Of a stretch of 64,000 nucleotides of DNA, positions 1 through 7,235 are shown in pieces (within the stretch, counting starts at the first letter, position 1; each line of letters opens with the position of its first letter). Origin of the DNA: Myxococcota bacterium (GTDB lineage: Bacteria; Myxococcota_A; SURF-8; G963663525); assembly GCA_963676915.2 (NCBI GenBank), contig CAXXVK010000067.1, positions 64,001 to 128,000 of the forward strand, in the 5' to 3' direction. Position numbers and translations under genes: made by a program. Under the pieces are notes generated by a model. The model was not told the origin of the DNA, made no database searches, and saw only the letters and a program-made list of their open reading frames with translations.

Positions 1-1
1 T

Positions 2-409
2 TTCAACATCGACAATATCCTGTACGACAGCAAGCAAAAGAAAATCAACTTCATCGATCTGAATCGCTCTACACAAACGGATTACGTGCAGGATATCTCC
101 ATTTTCCTCGTGTCGGCCTTTCGCTTGCCGCTTTTCGAAAACCGGCACCGCCTGCGCCTGAATTTCGTTTCCGACAGTTTGTATGATTTTTCCAAAGGAT
201 TTGCCGAACGTCACGGCGACGCGGAGTTCGATACCCGACTTGCGTTAGGGTTGATCCGTTCTTTCGTAACCTCCACCCGCTTCGTGGTGCACCCGCGTTT
301 TGCCAAAGACATGTTTTTACGAGCGCAATTTCTGATGGAAAAACTGCTCGACCATCGGGGGCGTCCCTGGTCGGAATTTGTCCTGCCACGTTCCATTTTA
401 GTGTACTGA
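2..409 (+). CDS. C-terminal fragment of an APH/choline-kinase-like phosphotransferase (5' end outside window)
   Basis: The open frame from base 2 reads FNIDNILYD...INFIDLNRS...DYVQDISIFLVS. This is the tail of an (HGD)FNxxN catalytic loop followed by an IDL metal-binding motif. TGA stop at 409. Confidence 0.6.
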   Translation, partial: FNIDNILYDSKQKKINFIDLNRSTQTDYVQDISIFLVSAFRLPLFENRHRLRLNFVSDSLYDFSKGFAERHGDAEFDTRLALGLIRSFVTSTRFVVHPRFAKDMFLRAQFLMEKLLDHRGRPWSEFVLPRSILVY

Positions 410-557
410 GAGTTTCGAGAAAATTACCCGTAAATTTGAAAAAACTGGGATCTATCCTTTACCGACCGAAATAAATGCCGCATAATACGCCATTGATTTT
501 TCGTCGTTTTTTCCATTTTCAAGCATGATCGTATTTATCGTCGAACGAGAGGACAGT

Positions 558-3371
558 ATGCGAAATTATTTCATTTTGATGGTATGGGTCGTCGCTTTGG
601 TATTTTCCGGCTGCGGTGGAGGAGACTCTAGCGGAACCACGGACAATCCCGGCGATCAGGATGTCCAGGAAAACGTCGATAACAACGATGATGTGGTCGC
701 CGATCAGGACGAACCTCTCCCGGCCGATGAAGAGGAAATGGCTCCCGCCGACGAGGATAATATTGACGAAATCGAGGCTGAGGAAGAAATCGCGGACGAA
801 GCGGAAATTGAGGAAGAAGTGGAAACCGGTCCCCGGCGCGGCAGCGTGGACGACTTGCCTGCCGACTCGATCAGCTGTTTCGATGCCTGCACGAAAATGG
901 ACGAATGCGGCCACCTGACGGCAGAGCCGCTCGAAAGTCTCGATGCTTGTTTGTATCTCTGCGAAGATGCCGACAACCTGCCGTTCTTCGGGGATTCCCA
1001 ATCCAACGAGTATTTCCAGCGTTGTGCGAGTGTTGAAAACGACTGCGACGCTATCGAGTATTGCGGAGATTGGCTATTCGATCCTCGCACATACACGGCT
1101 TGCTGGGCCGTGGGAGAATGCTTAAGTGCCTATCTTGGAAAAACCGAGCAATCCCGGCACGTTGTAGCCTTGACTCCCGAGGGTATGACCCCCGCGCTTT
1201 CCCATGTTGTCGCCAGAAAACGGGCGTCGATAGATCTTCAGGGATTGCTTGACGCGTACGACGTTTCGGCTCAAATCGAAGCGAACGGCCGGTACGTCCG
1301 GTTGCGTTTCCTGTCCTCGGTCAGCGAGGAAGCGGCCAAAGCGCTGGAACAACAGTTGGAAATTCTGCCGACCTACCAGAACGCCTGGGGTGTCGTCGTG
1401 GCCGCGACGGGACGGTTGATCGTCAAAAGCGATTCGTTGTCCGTGGTCGAGCGGGACAAAGCTCTGACCGGTGCCGGTCTGGACGAGATCGAAACCCTGC
1501 ATTGGACCGACCGCCTGTACGCCTACGCGAAATCACCGGTCAAAGCACTGGAAGCGTTGAAAACCCTCCGTCATGATGCTCGTTTCGAAGCGGATATGGA
1601 CTGGGTACGGTTCTACGAAACCTACGATACCCCGGACGACCCGCTGTACCCGATGCAATGGCATCTGCGTAACACAGGCGAAAATGAGTCTGTGCGATAC
1701 GCCGATAGCCGCGTATGGGAAGCCTGGGTCGTTACGGAAGGTTCGTCGGACGTGGTCGTGGGTGTCAACGACGATGGTTGCGACCTCAACCACGAGGAAT
1801 TTGAAGGCAAAATGGCCGATACCTACGACTTCCCAGACGACTGGGAAAGTCGTCTTGATGGTACGAGCGGATTCGGTGGTCATGGTACTTGTGTGGCCGG
1901 TGTCGCCGCCGCCCAGGGATACAATGGTAAGGGCGTTGTGGGTGTTTGTCCCTATTGCGGTGTTCGTTGCTCGTGGACCATCGACACTTCCGATTCCGTT
2001 TCCAGCGGTCTGAGCGATGCCGAAATCGCCGAGAAATTCACCTGGCACACCGATCAGGGAACCGCAGTGGTCAACAATAGCTGGGGACCGTGGGGCGGAG
2101 ATCCGGGTGTGGCGGGCGATACGCCGGGTATCCAGCCGATTCCGACGGTCATTGAAGATGCCTTCGAATATGCCGAATCCAATGGCCGCAACGGCAAGGG
2201 TATGGTTATCGTCTTCGCGTCGGGCAACTCCAACGAAGATGTCGCCGCCAGCCCGCTGGCCAACTACGAAAACAGCGTGGCGGTTGCCGCCGTGGATGAC
2301 CAGGGACTGAAATCCTTCTATTCCAACTGGGGCGCTGGGATCGACATTGCCGCGCCGTCCAACGGCGGAATGAACGGCATCGTGACCGTTTCGCCGTCGG
2401 GAACGGTTGTCGATATCGAAGGACAACCGGGGTACACGAAGAGCTTCGGTGGCACGAGTTCCGCTTCGCCGTTCGTTTCCGGTGTTGTGGGTCTGATCAT
2501 CTCGGCCAACCCGGACCTGACCGCCGCCGACGTGCGGGATATTCTCAAGCGCTCGGCTCGTAAAATCGACCCGCTCAACGGAGAATGGGACGAAAACAAC
2601 CACAGCATCTATTACGGCTGGGGTATGGTGGATGCTTACGTGGCGGTGAAAATGGCCAGCGATCCGGCAACCTGCGTCAACCGTGAGGACTGCCTGAGTT
2701 ATACGGATCAATGCACCCCGCGACGGGAGGGAGATTGCCAGAGTGGTGTTTGCGACGAATGCGCGAACGATTCCCAATGCGCTTCCGGCCATTGTCAGGC
2801 GTTGATCGAGTTGGGGATGCAAATCTGCGTCGAAACCTGTGAAAACGGTGAAACCTGCTCGGACGGAACGTTCTGTATGGGTGGTGTGTGTCTGCCTCCC
2901 AATGGCTTCCGTACCTATTGCGGAATGTGCGATAGCGAAGAAAGCGAAATCTGCAACGGACGCGACAACGATTGCGACGGAACGGTGGATAACGACGGTT
3001 GCACGGTGTGTCACGACGATTCTGCCTGCGATGAAAACACCCACTGTGCGTACTCGATGTTCGATGGCGCACGTATCTGCCGTACCGAGTGCGAAACCGC
3101 GTCCGATTGTCCGCAAGGATCGTCCATGCTTCCGCCAAGTTGCGTGGTTCCCACGTATCGGTATGGAGAGCAGGAAGGCGAGGAAATGATCTGCCTGATC
3201 GGAATTCCTCCTACGCGGCTGGAATGGGATGAAGTCTGCGGTGCGGGGCTGTCCGGCAGGGATGACCAGAGCATCGATTCCATCGTTCAATGTACCGAAG
3301 GGTATATCAACGGAATGCAGGTGGATTGCATGGGTATCGTGATGAACTGCCTGATGCGAATGACGAGATAA
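558..3371 (+). CDS. Subtilisin-like S8 serine peptidase lipoprotein with acidic linker and Cys-rich N- and C-terminal modules
   Basis: Lipobox VFSGC. Catalytic motifs VVVGVNDDG, GHGTCVAGVAAA and GGTSSASP, plus NNSWG and ASGN. ATG 558 follows a GAGG Shine-Dalgarno (SD). Cys-rich tail includes EICNGRDNDCDG and CxxDxxC repeats. Confidence 0.9.
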   Translation: MRNYFILMVWVVALVFSGCGGGDSSGTTDNPGDQDVQENVDNNDDVVADQDEPLPADEEEMAPADEDNIDEIEAEEEIADEAEIEEEVETGPRRGSVDDLPADSISCFDACTKMDECGHLTAEPLESLDACLYLCEDADNLPFFGDSQSNEYFQRCASVENDCDAIEYCGDWLFDPRTYTACWAVGECLSAYLGKTEQSRHVVALTPEGMTPALSHVVARKRASIDLQGLLDAYDVSAQIEANGRYVRLRFLSSVSEEAAKALEQQLEILPTYQNAWGVVVAATGRLIVKSDSLSVVERDKALTGAGLDEIETLHWTDRLYAYAKSPVKALEALKTLRHDARFEADMDWVRFYETYDTPDDPLYPMQWHLRNTGENESVRYADSRVWEAWVVTEGSSDVVVGVNDDGCDLNHEEFEGKMADTYDFPDDWESRLDGTSGFGGHGTCVAGVAAAQGYNGKGVVGVCPYCGVRCSWTIDTSDSVSSGLSDAEIAEKFTWHTDQGTAVVNNSWGPWGGDPGVAGDTPGIQPIPTVIEDAFEYAESNGRNGKGMVIVFASGNSNEDVAASPLANYENSVAVAAVDDQGLKSFYSNWGAGIDIAAPSNGGMNGIVTVSPSGTVVDIEGQPGYTKSFGGTSSASPFVSGVVGLIISANPDLTAADVRDILKRSARKIDPLNGEWDENNHSIYYGWGMVDAYVAVKMASDPATCVNREDCLSYTDQCTPRREGDCQSGVCDECANDSQCASGHCQALIELGMQICVETCENGETCSDGTFCMGGVCLPPNGFRTYCGMCDSEESEICNGRDNDCDGTVDNDGCTVCHDDSACDENTHCAYSMFDGARICRTECETASDCPQGSSMLPPSCVVPTYRYGEQEGEEMICLIGIPPTRLEWDEVCGAGLSGRDDQSIDSIVQCTEGYINGMQVDCMGIVMNCLMRMTR

Positions 3372-3389
3372 CCGAAACGGATAGAATCC

Positions 3390-3418
3390 AAAGCGCCCCC
3401 GTTCAGGGGGCGTTTTTG
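3390..3418 (+). terminator. Rho-independent terminator
   Basis: aagcgccccc-gttca-gggggcgttt hairpin plus T tract just after the peptidase stop. Confidence 0.8.
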
Positions 3419-3527
3419 TTCGGAGATGCTTGTTTTCGGTGGAAAAAGGTCTCATACTATAAGTCTTGATCGTGGCTTGCATTGGAGGGGCAGCAGGCTG
3501 GTTCCAAGATGTTTTCGAGGATGTATC

Positions 3528-4454
3528 ATGCTGAAATTTCACCCATGGACGGTAACACGAAGAAAACTTCCGGTCGTTGTCTTGATCTGCCTGGCGGTTT
3601 TGACTGCGTGTTCGGAGAAAGCGCCTTCCGCTGTATCGGAACCGCCTGCCGAGCCTGCCCAACCGGTTGTTAACAAAGAGAAAACACCGAGTTCCCCGCT
3701 GGATATCGAGATGGTTCGTATCGAGGCTGGACGCTTCGAGATCGGAACCAACGAAAACGACCCGTATTTCATTCCGATGGAGCGCGGACATGCCGTTGTC
3801 ATCGAAAAGCCGTTTTGGCTTGGGAAAACGGAAGTTACCCAGGCGCAATGGAATGCTGTGATGGGAAAAAATCCCAGTCATTTCAAGGAATGCGGGCCGA
3901 ATTGCCCGGTGGAGAACGTGACCTGGTTCGAGATCGTGGATTTCGCCAACCGGTTGTCCGAGAAAAGCGGTTTGTCGAAGTGCTACGAAGGCAAGGGCGA
4001 ATTGACACGAGTGGTTCCCGATTGCGAAGGCTACCGTCTTCCTACCGAGCAAGAATGGGAGTATGCCGCCCGTGCGGGGACGAAGGGGAGATTTTACACG
4101 GGAGATTGCCTAAGCGCCGAGCAGGCGAATTTCAACGCTACGTTTAGCGTTCCGGGCTGCGAAAAGGGAGTGTATCGAGAAAAAACGGTCGAAGTCGGTC
4201 GATTTCCTCCCAATCCGTGGAAGCTTTTCGACATTATCGGCAACGTTCAGGAATGGACCTGGAGCCGTTATCTGCCCTACCCGAAACCTGGCGAGAAAGT
4301 GGACGATACCCCGATTTTCAACGTCCATCGCACGGTGCGTGGTGGCGGTTGGAAAAACGGTATGTCTGCCTGTCGGGTGGCGAAAAGGGAAGGTTTTTCG
4401 CCGGTTTATCGAGATCCGAACATCGGTCTGAGGTTGGCACGATTTGCAAAATAA
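3528..4454 (+). CDS. Formylglycine-generating enzyme (FGE-sulfatase/SUMF1) domain lipoprotein
   Basis: Lipobox VLTAC. Motifs TEVTQAQW, PVENVTW, YRLPTEQEWEYAARAG, PNPWKLFDIIGNVQEW, RGGGW and IGLRLAR. Confidence 0.9.
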   Translation: MLKFHPWTVTRRKLPVVVLICLAVLTACSEKAPSAVSEPPAEPAQPVVNKEKTPSSPLDIEMVRIEAGRFEIGTNENDPYFIPMERGHAVVIEKPFWLGKTEVTQAQWNAVMGKNPSHFKECGPNCPVENVTWFEIVDFANRLSEKSGLSKCYEGKGELTRVVPDCEGYRLPTEQEWEYAARAGTKGRFYTGDCLSAEQANFNATFSVPGCEKGVYREKTVEVGRFPPNPWKLFDIIGNVQEWTWSRYLPYPKPGEKVDDTPIFNVHRTVRGGGWKNGMSACRVAKREGFSPVYRDPNIGLRLARFAK

Positions 4455-4477
4455 CGATGTTTACGTTTTTTCACGAG

Positions 4478-4508
4478 AAGGGCGTTTTGCGAGAAAGCGC
4501 CCTTTTTT
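4478..4508 (+). terminator. Rho-independent terminator between convergent genes
   Basis: aagggcgtttt-gcga-gaaagcgcccttt hairpin followed by a T tract. Confidence 0.7.
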
Positions 4509-4550
4509 ACTACTGGGTGTGGTTCTTTTTTACGTCGCTGACGTGAAAAA

Positions 4551-5642
4551 TTAAAACATGTAGCGGCGCATGGAGACGTTCAGAAGCAATCCAACGCTGA
4601 TGGCGCAAACGACCAGCGAGGTGCCGCCGTAGCTCATGAAGGGTAGGGTCATACCTACGACGGGAAGGATACCCAATACCATTCCGATATTGATCAGCAT
4701 CTGCCAGAAGAGAATCGCCGTACAGCCGAGTGCAAGCAAAGCACCGAAACGCTCTCGTGCGCTCGATGAAATCTGCAAGCCGAAGAGAAATAGCGCGAAA
4801 TAGAGCAACAAAAGCGCAAACGACCCGACAAAGCCGTGTTCTTCGGCCCAGACCGAGAAAATGAAATCGGTATGTTTTTCGGGCAGAAATTTCAATTGGG
4901 TTTGTGTGCCTTCCTGATAGCCTTTGCCGAATGTCTCGCCCGAACCGATGGCGATGATCGATTGGCGCCGGTGATAGCCGCTGCCCTTGATGTCCGCCTC
5001 GGGTTCCAGCAGATTGAGAATTCTCTGTTTCTGGTAGTCTTTGAGCACGAATTTCCAGGCCGGAAAGCTCACTAAAATCATGACGACCAAAACCAGCGCC
5101 AAGGATTTCCAGCGCACACGCACGAACAGAATAAGGGTTCCGCCGATGGCCAGAATCAGCAGCGAGGTGCCGAGGTCCGGTTCCATCAGTACGAGCAATG
5201 CGCAACTACCCAGAAGTGCAAGGGGAATTCGTAATTGTTTCAACGTATACGGACGGCTGCGGGCGTCGTCGTGGAACCAGCGAGCCAGAACGGCGACGAT
5301 AGCCAGTTTGGCCAGTTCCGAAGGTTGTAATTTGAAAAACACCAGTGGAATCCAGCGTTTCGCTCCTCCGGCGGATGGAAAGAAAAAGACCGCCAGCAGC
5401 AGGAATACCACCAGGAAAAAATAGAAGTAGGCGAGGCGTTCGTGGATGCGGTAATCGATGAGTACAGCGAAGATCCCTGCGGCCAGTGCCAAGCCCATCC
5501 ATGCCAATTGACTCATGAAATAGGGGGCTGAACCTGCGGAGGACGCGGAGTACAGGTTAAACAATCCGAGGATGCAGATCGTCAAGGATACGCCCAGCAA
5601 CGGCAGATGAAAGTTGTCGATGGCTTTACGCGGGGTTGTCAT
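4551..5642 (-). CDS. rodA: Rod shape-determining protein RodA (SEDS family)
   Basis: GAKRWI, QPSELAK, EPDLGT, YQKQRI, GSGYH..QSIIAIGSG, FLPEKHTDFIFSV and LPFMSYGGTS, with about 10 TM helices. Confidence 0.9.
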   Translation of the reverse strand: MTTPRKAIDNFHLPLLGVSLTICILGLFNLYSASSAGSAPYFMSQLAWMGLALAAGIFAVLIDYRIHERLAYFYFFLVVFLLLAVFFFPSAGGAKRWIPLVFFKLQPSELAKLAIVAVLARWFHDDARSRPYTLKQLRIPLALLGSCALLVLMEPDLGTSLLILAIGGTLILFVRVRWKSLALVLVVMILVSFPAWKFVLKDYQKQRILNLLEPEADIKGSGYHRRQSIIAIGSGETFGKGYQEGTQTQLKFLPEKHTDFIFSVWAEEHGFVGSFALLLLYFALFLFGLQISSSARERFGALLALGCTAILFWQMLINIGMVLGILPVVGMTLPFMSYGGTSLVVCAISVGLLLNVSMRRYMF

Positions 5643-5654
5643 CCGCCGGTACCT

Positions 5655-6191
5655 CTATGGTTGTGCGTCTACGTTTAGAATCCCGATGTACGGCAGGTTT
5701 CGATAGAGTTGCGCTGCGTCCAGGCCATAACCGATAACGAATTCGTCCGGCACTTGGAAGCCCAGGTAGTCGATGGGGATTTCGACTTTCTTGCATGCCG
5801 GTTTTTCCAGAAGCGAACAAAGCCGCAGACTTGCCGGATTACGGCTGCGGAGGTTGTCGAACAGATATTGCAGTGTCAAGCCGGTGTCCACGATGTCTTC
5901 GACCACGATCACATGCTTGTCCCGAATGGGGATACCGAGATCGCTGACCAGCCGAACCTGACCGGTGGACTTGGTTTCGTCGCCGTAACTCGATAGTGCG
6001 AGAAATCCCACCTTGAGCGGCAGATCAATGGCCCGGCAGAGATCGGCCATGAAAACGAACGATCCCTTCAACACCCCCACGATGAGGATTTCTTTCTTTT
6101 TATCCCGGTAATCGCTGGTAATCTGACGGCCCAGTTCCGCGACACGTTTGGCTATCTTTTTTTCGTCGAACAGTACTTTGATATCGCCCAT
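5655..6191 (-). CDS. hpt: Hypoxanthine phosphoribosyltransferase
   Basis: VLKGSFVFMADL, VEDIVDTGLTL PRPP-binding motif and FVIGYGLD...YRNLPYI. Confidence 0.95.
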   Translation of the reverse strand: MGDIKVLFDEKKIAKRVAELGRQITSDYRDKKKEILIVGVLKGSFVFMADLCRAIDLPLKVGFLALSSYGDETKSTGQVRLVSDLGIPIRDKHVIVVEDIVDTGLTLQYLFDNLRSRNPASLRLCSLLEKPACKKVEIPIDYLGFQVPDEFVIGYGLDAAQLYRNLPYIGILNVDAQP

Positions 6192-6463
6192 GGTTCCCTC
6201 GGAAAATCTTAGTGAATGCCTAAGCTTGGATCATACCTTTTTTGCTCTGGGTTGCAATGGTCGTGTACCAAAATATCATGGAAAACGACACGTTCCTTGA
6301 TAAGAGGCTGCATGACTTATTTGAAAGTGTTCCAAGAAAGGTTTTCGTAAGATTTCGTCGATCAGACGATGAAGGTTTTTCGTTTGTTCGATAGAAAGAA
6401 AGTGACTGGATCGTTGCCAAAAAGGTAAGGACCGGGACGAAAAACATCCCGGATTCTGAGGAA

Positions 6464-6664
6464 TTATTCCTCGTCGTCTTCGAAAACGATTTCGCGTTCG
6501 TTGACGGCAATCCCTAATGCTTTCAGTATCTTACGTTTAGTAGAAACCCGACACTTGTATCCCCGCTCGATGCGATCGATGGTTACGGCAGAGACACCGG
6601 CCTGTCGGGCGAGTTCGAGTTTGGACAACAAACGATCTTTTCTAATTTTCTTTAACTTGCTCAT
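6464..6664 (-). CDS. Small XRE-family helix-turn-helix regulator
   Basis: LKKIRKDRLLSKLELARQAGVSAVTIDRIERG is a typical HTH_3 sequence. AAGG SD and a sigma70 promoter lie upstream. Confidence 0.85.
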   Translation of the reverse strand: MSKLKKIRKDRLLSKLELARQAGVSAVTIDRIERGYKCRVSTKRKILKALGIAVNEREIVFEDDEE

Positions 6665-6696
6665 TAACCCCAGCCTTTCCTTAATATTATAGGGGG

Positions 6697-6748
6697 TTAA
6701 ATTATGTTTAATTACTTAAAATTTACTTAACTTGCGTCGGGCTGTCAA
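6697..6748 (-). promoter_or_regulatory. Sigma70-type promoter of the XRE gene overlapped by two TTAA-N7-TTAA palindromes
   Basis: Minus strand TTGACA(6748-6743)-17 bp-TAAATT. TTAA-attatgt-TTAA at 6697-6711 and TTAA-aatttac-TTAA at 6716-6730. Confidence 0.6.
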
Positions 6749-7045
6749 GGTTTCTCATGGGCTGCAACAGTCCTCATGACGGGATGAAAAATCCATAGGC
6801 TGTTATATAACCGAAAACGTTAACCATTTTCGAATCTTGATGATTTCTGTCACACCATTTTTTTTCGAAATTTTCTTTCCCGTCCGGCAGCCAAAACCAC
6901 GACACCCTTGGACTAGATGATTCTCAATCGCATCCATATCGCATCCATAGTGCTGGAGGGGTGAAACGTTACCCTGTCGATCAATTACAATAAATACACA
7001 ATGTTTTCAGGGGACGTCTTTTCTTTGCGGGTGTGGAAAGAAAAC

Positions 7046-7148
7046 TTGACATACGTTGCGTTGTCAATTTTGAGGTCTATCTAACTGCTTGATTGTACGT
7101 GGTTTTTTTGCGTCGTTGATTTTTTGTGATTTTGGCCCGTTTCCTGCA
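7046..7148 (+). promoter_or_regulatory. Sigma54 promoter with IHF site and candidate enhancer palindrome
   Basis: TGGCCCG-tttc-CTGC at 7133-7147 (-24/-12 spacing). The reverse complement of 7082-7094 is AATCAAgcagTTA, matching WATCAANNNNTTR. TTGACA-N10-TGTCAA palindrome at 7046-7067. Confidence 0.65.
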
Positions 7149-7235
7149 GTTTTACAAAAGCAACCGAGCTCGAAGGTTTAGAGGAAAGAAAACATGTCAC
7201 ATTTTAAGACCATACAGGAAAAAGGAGTACCGATC

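Noticed and set aside
1533-4052. Long antisense ORFs (1533-4052, 7197-9503, 29966-31099, 33363-34505 and others)
   Set aside because: They are shadows of well-supported genes on the opposite strand, expected from codon bias, and carry no recognisable motifs.
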